A stretch of DNA of 63,564 bases, the filler included, from Stramenopiles sp. TOSAG23-3 (taxonomy: Eukaryota): assembly GCA_900128585.1 (NCBI GenBank). It is 10 parts of 10 records of this genome, joined end to end, with 100 filler letters (N's around TTAATTAATTAA, not from the genome) between each part and the next. Parts side by side here need not be neighbours in the genome. Positions count along the whole stretch, not along the records: positions 48,637 to 55,461 come from LT643248.1; positions 55,562 to 62,378 come from LT643249.1; 8 more parts are not named here. One strand, given 5' to 3'. A model generated the notes under the pieces. That model was not told where the DNA came from. It made no database searches and saw only the letters and a list, made by a program, of their open reading frames with translations. Position numbers and translations under genes: made by a program. Below are positions 48,919-60,164 of this stretch, piece by piece; within the stretch, counting starts at the first letter, position 1; every line of letters starts with the position of its first letter.

Positions 48919-51900
48919 ATGGAAGAAGCAAACAATCCCCAGGAGAGAACGGTTTCTTTTGCCTCCCAATCCGACTCGGTTCGAACCGCGCAGAGCATCG
49001 AAAGCAAAACGCTCGAGAGTGCAACTTTGGCAAGGCGTCCGGTAAGCCGTCTCATCAATCCAAAGCCAGTGCTATCCAGCGTTTCCAAAACGGCGCGAGA
49101 TGTGTCCAAGCGCATCTCGTTGGTACAAAAGCAGGTAAGAAGCGGTGCGTCCAAGCATGTCACGTTGGCGCAAGAACAGGTCAGTGGAGCCCTGAAGGGC
49201 GTGCAGCAGGTGAGCGATGCGCTGAAAGGTGCAAAAGACCGTTTGTTCACTAAACAACAAAGAGACCACAAGTTCCTGTTGGCCCCTATGACCGCCGTTA
49301 CGTACCAAGAATACATTTGCTGCGGACGCTGTAAGAACGGTCCAGAGGTCCGACTCGACGATAAGATTGAGGATATCGTCAGGGCAGAAGCAACGACGCT
49401 TGGCGCAGTGGAACATCTTGTACCGACTGTGAAGAAGGGCAGGCCTTCAAAAATGGAACCGAACGTTTGCTTTTGCTGTCCTGGTCAGAAGACTGCCAAC
49501 CCTGGGTATGACTTTTTATTCAATCGTCAAAAGTTTAAGTCGCTTCTTATCATACAGTTGGCCATGTTCTTCATGACAATCCTGGTTTTGAATTACGAAC
49601 AATACATGATCAAAGCCCCATCTTGTCACCCGGTGGAAGTGGACAATTTTATGAGCTGGTTACGGCCCCGAGGCGAAACTTACAACGCGAACTATGTGAA
49701 TTCGAGCGTATCGCACAGCAGGGAGAAAATAGTCATCGTGCCTCGAAAACGGCCCTTTTGCGTTGATATGGTGAAGCCATTGGACGCCTTTGGATTTTGT
49801 AACATTATTGCTGAATATGAATGGTTTCTCGCGAATCCGTTCAATATTGGGGCCCCCCTTCAGAAAACTCCCGTTAACCCATTTTTAGGGTTAATTATAG
49901 TGTCCCTGCTTGGCTACCTCTTCGCTGCCATGTCTTTAGATGTTGGGAGAAAACTGTTTTACGATTATAATGCCAAAGAAAGGCGTTGTGTCAGGAAGTG
50001 TTTGTCGTTTTTCATTCGGCTATGGGTGGGCCTTGGTTGTGTCGTATACTTCTTATTTGTTCAAACTCAGCTGCACAACTCCCTGCGCGTCTGCGGCCAA
50101 GGGCTATTCAACACCAACTGTTTCTTGAGGAACGGCACGGTTGTGTACACAAAAGAACAGGCGAGTTCTTACTACCAAGATTTTAAGTACATTTACTGGG
50201 ACGAATATAAAAAGATAGAGGTAGGTTCACAAGAGTCTTCGAACATAACCCTCGCTATCACCACAGGCGTGGTGGGAAAATTTAAAGCGGCCTCGGGCCT
50301 TCTTGAAGAAAATTTTTCCAAATGCATGGAGTTTCAATACGACGGACACCTCGTTGTTGTGTACGGGATTTGGCTTGTGCTCACTGTATTGTTCTACATT
50401 TCAAACTTGTCTGCGCTGATTTCAATGATCGAATATCTAAAACCAGGGTTTATAATTGTTGCAAAGCGAAAAATGGGACAATTGAAGAATGCTGCTTTTA
50501 AAGACTGGAACGCGACTGCCAAAGCGAGAGGGCTCCTTTTCAAAATAGAGCGTAGCCTTCCAACAGCGTGCAAGAGCAAGGGCCCTTACCTTTGGAAGGG
50601 GTCGAATGCACCGGGCAAGAAGCGCGAGAAAGTTGGTTTTCAGTTTCCACCGATCGTTGGCGCGGCAGTGCTTTTGACGGTTGTAGGGTTGTTCGGAATA
50701 TTTGTTCAATATTGGGTGTGGCAGGTGGAGACGATTGAGGGGTTCTTGACGAGATGCGCAGTCCCATCCTTGGAGCGCGCTCACGACATTGCGAAGGACC
50801 CAAAGGTGACTAACTCGAGCCAGTTACTGCACCAAGTGCTGGGACCGTGTGCCCCATACATAGACTACGGCGATCTCGAGGCGAAGCTCTTCAGACAAAA
50901 AGGAGAATTTTTTAGTGAAGCGTCGGAATATCTAACGAACGGGTCAGCGATCGCAAAAGAAAATATGGAGGAGCTTCGGGCAAATGCAGTCAGTCGTGCG
51001 AATGCCGTAAGTCCCGATTTAGTGGCCCAAATACTCAATCTCGGGGCAGATGCAGGAGCTCAAGCCCAGGGGATTACAAAGGGCGTTCCAGGCATCATCA
51101 TACAGACTGTTCAATCGGGGTTTCAGAATTTTGCGAACAACAATTTTAATTTGGTAAAACAAATTTTGGGAAACAACGTGGTTGGAAAAGTAATTATAGG
51201 CCAGGTTGTCGCCCAGATTCTCCTTATTTGGTCTGCGTTTGGAAAAATAGTTCTCATTATATGCGCCATCCTTAGATTTCGGAGCATGCAGCGAATGCTG
51301 AACAAACTGTACGTAATTGGTGTGCGGCAGTGCGAAGTTGTTGAACGGTGCTTTGTGCACGAGGAAGGCGTGTATGTTTTCCCGATGAATCACAAGGATT
51401 TGGATGCCCTGAATGGTGAAGCACCAGAATCTAAAATAATTACCAACAATTGTGAGATTTTCGGGGCAAACATCCGAATGCCCCACCTTGAAGTTGAAGA
51501 GCTGTCCCAGGAGGAAAAGCGTAAAGCCCAGGAGAAGCGGCTGGAGTATCGTCATATTCACGACGTGAATTACTTTCTTCCGGGGTTTGTGATATCTCAA
51601 TTATTGGGCTCTATTATTCAATTCTATGTACTCTGGATAGGGCTCTCACTTTTGTACTTTGCAGTGGTCTTAAACGTTGCCCAAATGATAGTAATGAAGC
51701 CTGAGGGTGGAGTCCGATCTTTTGACACCGAGGAAGATATCTTAGAGGGGCTTGAAGTGATGAGCAATAAGTTATTCGTGGTGCTTCTGAGCGTGTGCAT
51801 TCCATTTTTTCTGAAAGGCGTCATTTTGAAACAGTTCGGAAAATATTGGTCGGATCGCAAAAGTGGGATAAAAGCCCCCAAGCGATTCATTTTGATCAAT

Positions 51901-52356
51901 TTCCTTCAAATGGTAAGTTTCTGTTCTATCTCTACGGTTAAGTGTTCTCCGAAGCCTTTTTTGGTACTAACTTGTTTTTGTCTTTCTCTCACTGCTTAGA
52001 TATATTTGATTCCTGTAACATTTTTTGTCATGGTTGCCCGCGTCACGGCGGTATCGGCCCGCTCTCTGTATTTGTTAGGCGATTTGGACAAACCGTTTGG
52101 AATTTTTGATACGTTGACGTATGGTTGGAGGAGTATTATCGAGGCCATGCGTATCCGGGCAGAATTCAGGAAGAGGGCCTACGAAAAAGCAAAGGAGATC
52201 CGGTGGAAGACCGTAAAATTTAAAGACGAGGGTATATTGCTGGCCGAAGGGAAAGACGACAAAAGTGCCGAAGATCGGGTAAAGAACTCCTGGATTATGA
52301 TGACACCGTCAGTGGCTCTCCAGTCTGGCAGTGAAGTAGACGGTGAAGTATTGTAA
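48919..52356 (+). CDS. Multi-pass membrane protein, STRA6 (RBP receptor)-like; exons 48919-51912 and 52000-52356 (1116 aa)
   Basis: A phase-0 intron joins the two track ORFs. Motifs GFQFPPIVGAAVL, PGFVISQLLGSIIQF and MVARV..LYLLGDLDK..DTLTYGWRSII resemble STRA6 in the same order. Confidence 0.65.
51913..51999 (+). other. 87-nt spliceosomal intron
   Basis: GTAAGT donor, TACTAAC branch point (51965-51971), pyrimidine tract and TAG acceptor. Splicing preserves the frame. Confidence 0.9.
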
Positions 52357-52905
52357 TAGACTAATTATCGTTGGCGGCGGGGGGAGGTGTGTTAGTTGTC
52401 TCTTTCTATTTCTCGTTTTTTTTGTAATGTATGCAGGCGTTCATCTATTGTTTCCTACTAAATAATAGTACTATTTTCATTCTCTTCAGTGAATGTGTAC
52501 TACATTACGATTTTTAATTACTGATAATAATAAAAACAATTTAAATTTTTTTTTCTGTTTTTTTGCTTCTTCTTCTTTTTTTTCTCCTCCTCCTCCTCTT
52601 TTCTTCTTCTTTTTTTCTTCTTCTTCTCTTCTTCTTCTTCTCTTCGCTTCTCCGCCTCCGCCTTCATTTACCAAGGTATTATTTTTTACGAATATATTAT
52701 TTGTACCACACATAATATAAGATCTTTAATTGTACATGAAGTCGTTTACGTATCTTTAAAGATTCAAATTTGTAGGGTAGTGAGCTGCACGTTTTCTTCT
52801 ATGTTTATGCTGTACCTGCAAGTCCGCCTATTTTTTGCATTTTGCAATCTACCTATTTTCTTTCTTTCTTTTAGTACACCGAATTTTCCAGGGGTTGTCT
52901 TCATA

Positions 52906-54102
52906 ATGAAAGTCCGAACGGTTACCGCGTTTGTCAGCTTAACGGGTGCTTTCGACGAAAGCTATGTTTCTGCGGCGCTGGAATTTTTAAAAGCCCACTC
53001 TGCTATTTTGGAAAACGAAGGGAATTTTGAAGTTCAGACCACTCGCTTGGTATTCAACGATCCTAGTGAGTGGTTACTAAATGTGAAAGTAGGGGAGCCG
53101 GTGTCCCTGAAAAACGATGTCTTGAATTCGCTCGGGGCCCTTCTCGACAAGCACGGTGTATCCTTTTGTTCCCTTGGACGCCTTCCCTCCAAATACGCAG
53201 ACGTAGCACCTGCCATGATCCTTGCCAACGAACGGTTCAACGTGTCTGTAAATGTGAAAAAGGCGGACGTCGAGGGGGCGCTTCGAGTCGCAGAGGCCTG
53301 CAAAAACATCGCTGAAAATACGGATGGAGGTTTGGGCAACTTTCGATTTTGTGCGTCCTCCAATTTTGATAACGATTCCTGCTGCCCGTTCTTCCCCGCG
53401 TCCTTTGCCCCTTCGGTTGCGCACAACGCCACCGAGCAGGCGGTGTCCTTTGCTATAGGGCTAGAGAACGGATCCGACTTTCAACAAGCTTGCAGCCAAG
53501 CTGCCACCCTCAAACATTTAGGAAGAGAGATTGCCGCCGTGTTTTCCCCCGCGCTGAACGAGATAGAACGGCTCTGCCTTCGGGCCGAAGCGGAAACGAA
53601 CGCATCCGCTTACAAAATTGTTTACGCTGGGATTGACACTTCCTTGAACCCTGCCCTTGGGAACGAAGGCAGCATAGCATATGGGTTCAACCGGCTGAAA
53701 GAAGTAAAAAAATTTGGGTCAGAGGGGGCAAGCTTGGCCGCAGTTGCAGAGGCGACGACGGCGTGCCAGGATGGGTTCAAAGGCATTCGACTGTGTGGGT
53801 ACTGCGGGTGTATGCTGCCGCTGTGTGAGGACGAAGGCCTGGCATTGTCGGATTTGAATGCCCGCGATTTGTTGTCCTTGTCGAGCACCTGTGGCGTTGG
53901 GGTAGACACGTTGCCGCTAGGGCTGAACGATTTGGATGTGGACAAACTCGCATTTTTGTACTTGGATGCTGCTGCCGTTGCTTTCCGCAAGCAGCGCCCT
54001 TTGAGCGTCCGTGTCTTTCCTGTCCCTGGGCTGTCGTCGGGCCAAGCGACAACGTTCGACAATCCGTACTTGACGAACTCGAAATGTCGGGGCCTGAATT
54101 GA
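52906..54102 (+). CDS. DUF711/UPF0210 family protein
   Basis: MKVRTVTAF; EVQTTRL; GNFRFCASSN..PFFPASF; GIDTSLNP; CGYCGCMLPLCEDEGLA; SSTCGVGVDTLPL; PLSVRVFPVPG; FDNPYLTN. Confidence 0.88.
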   Translation: MKVRTVTAFVSLTGAFDESYVSAALEFLKAHSAILENEGNFEVQTTRLVFNDPSEWLLNVKVGEPVSLKNDVLNSLGALLDKHGVSFCSLGRLPSKYADVAPAMILANERFNVSVNVKKADVEGALRVAEACKNIAENTDGGLGNFRFCASSNFDNDSCCPFFPASFAPSVAHNATEQAVSFAIGLENGSDFQQACSQAATLKHLGREIAAVFSPALNEIERLCLRAEAETNASAYKIVYAGIDTSLNPALGNEGSIAYGFNRLKEVKKFGSEGASLAAVAEATTACQDGFKGIRLCGYCGCMLPLCEDEGLALSDLNARDLLSLSSTCGVGVDTLPLGLNDLDVDKLAFLYLDAAAVAFRKQRPLSVRVFPVPGLSSGQATTFDNPYLTNSKCRGLN

Positions 54103-54545
54103 TTAAAATGAGTGAAAATAAAATATAAGAACTCTTATATTTTATACCTGGGTACTTACCCAAAAGTAAATTCTGTGTGCGTAATAATCTTACCTTACTA
54201 CGTAAGAATTCTTTACGAAGGTTGGAAAAATGCGCAATAAGTTATTACTGTCGTAAATTTTTAATATTGACCTTACAAAACAAATTTATTATCATACCAC
54301 ATTTAGTATGTTTTAATACGCTCAAAAAAAAAAAGAAGGTAAAACCGTTCAAGAACCCAAACTCCATCCGCCATTGTTTTGTTTCTAAACCTTTTATATT
54401 TTAAACAACTATCCCCTCACACTAGGAGTACAAAATCTACTTTTTAAGATTGCAAGCGCTGATGAAAAATTTTGTGATCACAATTTTAAGTCGTGTTTCG
54501 CATTTTGGGTTTTCAAGCAATTGTTTTGATTTTATCTCAGAGCCG

Positions 54546-55220
54546 CTACAGCTCGTCGTCCTGCACCTCTTGCTTCGCTTTCTCGCTGGGTGGGGCGTAA
54601 TCTTTAGGAAGGACCTCGAGGTACAATTCTAGGTGCGCGTGGGGTGGTATTCCATAGACGTGGTGCCCATGCATGTCGTAGCCAAGCTCAGGTGGCAAAA
54701 CAAAACGGCCCCGTTGCCCATAATGCATAAGTTTGATCGCTTCGTCGAATCCTTCCACCACGTGGGTGTTCTTTCGATGGGACTGGTAGACTCGCATCCG
54801 CCCATCTCTGTGTTGATGCGCTCTAATAATCTCTCCCCCGACCGTTATTTTAATCGGATTGTCAGGGTGGGACAACGAGTGGATGTGATGTCCAGCATGC
54901 AACAGGTACATCTTATACATAACGTACACCTCTTCATTTTTTTGCAAACGATTTCCCCCTTCGAAGTCTCCGAACAATTTATACGACACCCCAGAATCAG
55001 TTAGCTTGTACCCGATTTGAATGTTGTTCATCAACTCGTCGCGTATTTCGTGCACCCATCCCATCTCTCCCCGCTTTTCATCGTTGCGAGCATGGAGATG
55101 CCGGGGGTGGGCATCATGGTAGGACGGGCCTTCAAACTGTATCGCACGCACACCATGAAGACTCAACAAAACCCCCACGGCAAACAACAGCGCACGAAGG
55201 GAACAGTGCCAAACGACCAT
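54546..55220 (-). CDS. ER-resident FKBP-type peptidyl-prolyl isomerase, His-rich
   Basis: Signal peptide; TDSGVSYK; VVEGFDEAIKLMHYGQRGRFVLPPELGY..IPPHAHLELYLEVL; C-terminal DDEL. Confidence 0.87.
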   Translation of the reverse strand: MVVWHCSLRALLFAVGVLLSLHGVRAIQFEGPSYHDAHPRHLHARNDEKRGEMGWVHEIRDELMNNIQIGYKLTDSGVSYKLFGDFEGGNRLQKNEEVYVMYKMYLLHAGHHIHSLSHPDNPIKITVGGEIIRAHQHRDGRMRVYQSHRKNTHVVEGFDEAIKLMHYGQRGRFVLPPELGYDMHGHHVYGIPPHAHLELYLEVLPKDYAPPSEKAKQEVQDDEL

Positions 55221-55561
55221 AGCAACAATCAAATGAAGAGCAACAAACAGAAGAAAAATCAAAACAAAACAAAACAAAAACGAACCAAAACCCCTTGCTA
55301 AAAAACGTGCAAAATCAATAGACCAACTTTATTCTTTCTTCACTGTATATCTGAGATTACCATGCCCACTCCCCAACTCTTTAATAAATTATTCATCATT
55401 CTTTCATAGCTTTATATAAAAAACAAATTAGAAGAAGAAGAAAAAAATATCTGAAATCTGANNNNNNNNNNNNNNNNNNNNNNNNNNNNNNNNNNNNNNN
55501 NNNNNTTAATTAATTAANNNNNNNNNNNNNNNNNNNNNNNNNNNNNNNNNNNNNNNNNNNN

Positions 55562-56790
55562 TACCCCCATTTTTTTGTTTTGACGTCAAAGTACGACCCC
55601 CACGCGCTTGTGTGGTTCTGAATCAAAACGTCCTCGTCGTACCGTGACTTTGGGACGGCGGGGGCGTGCCCTTTGAGGATCCTACCATCGGCACTGTACT
55701 CTATGTAATTCTCCGTCGAGCCTAGCAGTAGCTCGCGATGAGGCTGGTTCATGTGCTGCTCCCCCCCGTACTTGTGCAGCAACGTTTTCTTCTTCATATT
55801 CTCAGCCTTGGACTGCCTCTCTTCAAACTTCTTCTTCGCTAATTCTAACTCCGTTGGGTTCCCCATCAGGCCGGTCCCACCCCCCGCGGTGCCCCTGTGC
55901 TTGCCCTGGCTCCAGGCAAAGACCTGCGTTTGGGCCAGACGGACCGCGTCGCCAGACACGCGAGCTGTATTGTCCCCTATGAATTCCGATTCGCTTGGGT
56001 CTAGCTCAGGGTGGGGGTTTGCTCGCATGGAGCGAGATTTGGGGTCGTAGTATGCAGAATTTGGGTTCAAATTCATCAAATACTTCGCCGTATTTTCACG
56101 CTGCCTTAAATTCTTTATCGTCAACCCAACCTGGCTGGACTTGGCCCCAACGTGCTTTCGGCCCGCCGTCATGTTCTTGTCCTGGTGGTCAGAAATGCGC
56201 AAATCATCGTCATCGGACTCATCAGAGGATGAATCGTCCGAGGACGAGTCGCTGCTGCTATCGCTATCACTCCCCGCCCCTTTCGGCGTAGCCTGTTCCT
56301 CTGCCTTTCTCTTTTCTTTCTCCACCAACCGTTTGCGCCTTTCTTCGGCTTTTACTTCCTTCCTCAGCTCTGCCAGCTTGTTGTACCGGTTTACCGTCTT
56401 CATGTGCTCGTCTGGGTCGTATCCATTGTACCGGTCCCGCTTGGCGTCAAACGAAAGGTTCGGGTTGTTCCCTTGCGCCGCTGCCGACCCAATCTTTCTC
56501 CGTTTCAGCCCCGGCTCGCCCAAGCTATCTACGTCTTTGTGGGCCCTGGCCCTCGACCCCAGGCCATATTTAGCCCACCGTTCGGGCGCTTCCACCAACG
56601 TCCTTAAGTGGTTGTGAAAGGTCGCACGGTTGTCATACTTCTCCTTTGCCTGAGCTTTCTGGTGATCAAGGATAGATTTTTCTGACCCCTCGTCCAAGTA
56701 CCATGGCCGCTTGGCCATGTACTCTGGAACATGGGGGTTGACTATTTCTGCTTCTGCCGCAGCGGCGTCAGTTGTGGAGCTGGACGCCAT
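55562..56790 (-). CDS. SLU7: Pre-mRNA splicing factor SLU7, 3' truncated
   Basis: NPHVPEYMAKRPWY; DAKRDRYNGYDP; NLRQRENTAKYLMNLNPNSAYYDPKSRSMR; KSRYDEDV..NHTSAWGSY. Confidence 0.93.
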
Positions 56791-57307
56791 GTCGACACAC
56801 GCACAAACGAACGCTTCGAACTTAAAGAAGAAGAAAAAACGATATGAATACGAAGGCCCAAAAATTGCATGAAACAAACCCTTGTGCACGCAACCTTTCG
56901 TTTGCCACTCTATTTTTATGTTGTAGATATATAGACAGACATAAGAAACAATTGGTTTTCAGAATGAAGAAAGAAAGAAAGAGTCGAAAGAATGAAGAAA
57001 GAAAGAAAGAGTCGAAAGAAAGAAAGAAAGAAAGAAAGAAAGAAGAAGAAGAAAGAGAAAGAAGAAAGAAGAAGAAAGAAAAAGAAGAAAGAAAAAGAGA
57101 AGAAGAAGAAAGAGGGATGAATGGCCTTCACTAACTAATCTACATTAAGGATATATGAATTATATTTAACTAATATGATATTATTATACAATGATATTAC
57201 TATATATAAGACACCCACACCCCTCTACCTACATCCTTGTTTGTTTTGGCCTCCTCTTATGTTCTTGTATATATATATGATAAATGATTAGAGAATATGA
57301 GTATGTC

Positions 57308-59623
57308 CTATATATCCTGCACATTTTCAAACTCTGTCTCTTCTTTCACGGTGAAGGATTTGCTCCAGCTACGAAAGAGTTTTGCAGCTCCAGCGGCACC
57401 GGAGGACAAGTTCGCAGAGACCGCCGACCCAAGAATGGCCGCCTGGTTTTGTGCGACTTTCATGCTCGTATTCACTGCGTCTTTTATGGCCTGGATGTCT
57501 TCGTCTTCCAGGCCGGTGGCCAGGCTGTCCATAACGCTGTCGCTGTTGGAGGCGTTGCCGTTCCCTCGCGAAAACTTCCGTTTCGCCCGTTCAAAAATTC
57601 CTATTTTCGGCTTCTGGGCGCTGCGGTTGGTAACCTCGACGGCTCCGCTGGCAAACTGCTGTTCCCGTTCCCTGACACTCTCCGCTTCCAACAGCAGCTT
57701 TTGCAGGTCCGTGGGGGGATATCTTTGCAGCAGCTGCAGCGCCTCCGCAAAGTCCGCCCGAAGAATTTTTCGGCGGGACCGAATCACCATGGCGCAGCAG
57801 ATGTGGATGAGAAAGGAATACCTGCCCGTGTCCGCGAACAGGGAATCCCAAAGGCGGACGGTGTCCGGCAAATCAAACTCCCTAGACAGCATCGTCGTAA
57901 TCCACCGGAATGCGTAGAATTTAGGGTTTAGGTTCAGCGCGTCCATGTGGGAAAATAGCTCAGGGTCTTGCCTGGCCAGAATGTTTTGAAAGAGGTCAAT
58001 GTGGCCGTTGATCCCGCTCTCCGTCTCGTCCAAAGTTTCAATGAACCAATCCCGGACTTCACTCATGACGCCTGAAAAACACCAAAACGTGTCCGCTTCG
58101 ATGTTGAAGTCGTTGTTGAACCCATAGGGGTCCGCCTTCCCCTCTTCGCGCTCGTGCATGAAAACGTAGTAGAGCGGCGCCATGATCTCGTTCATGCCCT
58201 GGATGTAGCAGATGCCAGGGTTGAGCTTGGCGAATATAAACAGCATCCGTTTCAGAGCGGTGTACACTTCGCCGCCAAAAAAGGCGTACCCAGGGTGGGT
58301 CCTGTGCACGTCTTTGGCGATGGTCTCCTTGACCTCCTCGTCCTTGTAGTACTCGTTCCACTTGCTCCCGTTGGTATTAGACAATGGGTTGTCCTCTGAC
58401 AAATCAATGTCGTCCCCGTCTCCCCGCTTCAAAAGTTCTTCCTGGTCTAAGATCAGGTCGTCGCAAAATTCTCTGTACATGTCCCGTTTTCGTTTCAGCG
58501 CAGCGGGCCACAGGGATTTGTCCTTCTCCGGGAGAAGGTTCAACAAAATCCTCCAGGAAAGCCCGCGGAGTCCTTTCGGTTTCTCCGGGATCCCATAAAA
58601 TACCAGCTTTCGCAATGAACTCATCTCGATCTCGTTGGATTTCGACGTTTCTTGAGAAAGCAGCAGCACTTTCTGGAGCAGCACGCTGCGCTTGGCAAAA
58701 ACGCCCGAGGCAACCGGTCCCCCTTGGCCTTCGTCGCTTTTTCCCCTCTGCTGACGCTTCCGTCTGGTGTCGACCGTTGCAACGCTCGCAAATGCAAGGC
58801 TTTTGCTCTCGAGTATCCTGTTTCTCAGAGAGATGGTAAAGCTTGCCCCCGCCGTCGCGGCGGACACAAACTGCAACGTCAACGGCCTGCTGGACGATAC
58901 AATTTTCTTCACCACTGCAGAGTAGTTCGTGCAGTTTTGGTGGATGACTTCTCCGTTAATGGAGTAAAGGCAATCCCCGGGAGAAATGGCACCGCACTTT
59001 TCCGACGGCCCACGAATCTTTTTTTGCAGGGCCACGCCGTCTTTCTGCTTCTTTCTAGTCACGATGATCGGTGCAAACGACGTCACCACGACAACAAGGG
59101 GGGTGGCGTCTTTTTCCTGTTCTGTTATTCGCAACCCAATGGGGCCCTTGCCGTACACGACGTCCACGGCCTTGAGCTCGACGTCGTTCCCCTGTGCGGC
59201 ACGCTCGGGCTTTGTCTCTGCCTTTGGTTTTTCTGGTGTATTGTCGGGTTCCGATGGCACCGTGGGTTCAACGTTGGGCACCGTGGGGACGCTTGCCTCC
59301 TTGGCAGGCATTTGCTTTTGGTCTTCTTTGGGCATCGCGGGGGACAATATGACTAAGTCCTCGCTGCTGCTCGCACTGCTCGAAATCGACACTACGTTCA
59401 TAACCTTTGCGTCCTGTTCCGCGATCTCCTCCCCAAAATCATCATCTATCGCATTCCACTCTTCCAACAGCCCATCCACTTCCTCCAAACTCGTTTCGAG
59501 GTCCATCTCTTCGCCCCCCCCGCCACCCGTCAAGTCGTCCACCTCCCCCAATAGCAAGTTCACTTCATCCTCAAGACCAGCCAAGTCTATCGCGTCACGT
59601 TCTTGGGAGTCACTCGTAGCCAT
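57308..59623 (-). CDS. PDZ + TBC-domain Rab GAP (TBC1D13-like)
   Basis: PDZ KGPIGLRI..GAISPGDCLYSINGE..RPLTLQF. TBC IAKDVHRT, KLNPGICYIQGMNE, FYAFRWIT..REF..RLWDSLF. Confidence 0.9.
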   Translation of the reverse strand: MATSDSQERDAIDLAGLEDEVNLLLGEVDDLTGGGGGEEMDLETSLEEVDGLLEEWNAIDDDFGEEIAEQDAKVMNVVSISSSASSSEDLVILSPAMPKEDQKQMPAKEASVPTVPNVEPTVPSEPDNTPEKPKAETKPERAAQGNDVELKAVDVVYGKGPIGLRITEQEKDATPLVVVVTSFAPIIVTRKKQKDGVALQKKIRGPSEKCGAISPGDCLYSINGEVIHQNCTNYSAVVKKIVSSSRPLTLQFVSAATAGASFTISLRNRILESKSLAFASVATVDTRRKRQQRGKSDEGQGGPVASGVFAKRSVLLQKVLLLSQETSKSNEIEMSSLRKLVFYGIPEKPKGLRGLSWRILLNLLPEKDKSLWPAALKRKRDMYREFCDDLILDQEELLKRGDGDDIDLSEDNPLSNTNGSKWNEYYKDEEVKETIAKDVHRTHPGYAFFGGEVYTALKRMLFIFAKLNPGICYIQGMNEIMAPLYYVFMHEREEGKADPYGFNNDFNIEADTFWCFSGVMSEVRDWFIETLDETESGINGHIDLFQNILARQDPELFSHMDALNLNPKFYAFRWITTMLSREFDLPDTVRLWDSLFADTGRYSFLIHICCAMVIRSRRKILRADFAEALQLLQRYPPTDLQKLLLEAESVREREQQFASGAVEVTNRSAQKPKIGIFERAKRKFSRGNGNASNSDSVMDSLATGLEDEDIQAIKDAVNTSMKVAQNQAAILGSAVSANLSSGAAGAAKLFRSWSKSFTVKEETEFENVQDI

Positions 59624-60164
59624 GACTACAAAGTGGAATTGGTGTAGATAATCTGTCTATCCAACAATGTTACCAAGCCACCATGTATGTGAAGTAATCC
59701 CTGTCTTCCTTATGGGGATCGAATCGTTTCCATTTACGTTTTACTCTATATTTATTTCACTTTTTTGCTTTTTGAACGTATAGTTGAACATAGGTGGCCT
59801 TTTCTTCTCGTCGTCTCGTCGTGTTGTTACCGGGGTAGTATTATAGTAGTAGTAATTTTGCGTATCGGTTGTATACATAATTGAATGTGTTATACTTAAT
59901 TTATACTAATTTTTTTTTTTTTTTCAAGTATTAAATAAGTTGTTTACAATATCAATAAATAATAAGAAAAGAAATTAAGAAGAACGAAAGAAGAAGAGTA
60001 AAAAAATATCTAGACGACGGCTGTGCTTCGTTTCTGGACACAGTCCAATATGAAATGATATAACATTCATGGCAGACGATTCGTTTTGTTTCTCTTTCTT
60101 TCTCTCTCTCTTTTGCCATCTATCACGAGTCTTTTTTTCTCCTCCTCCGCCTCCTCTTCTTCTT

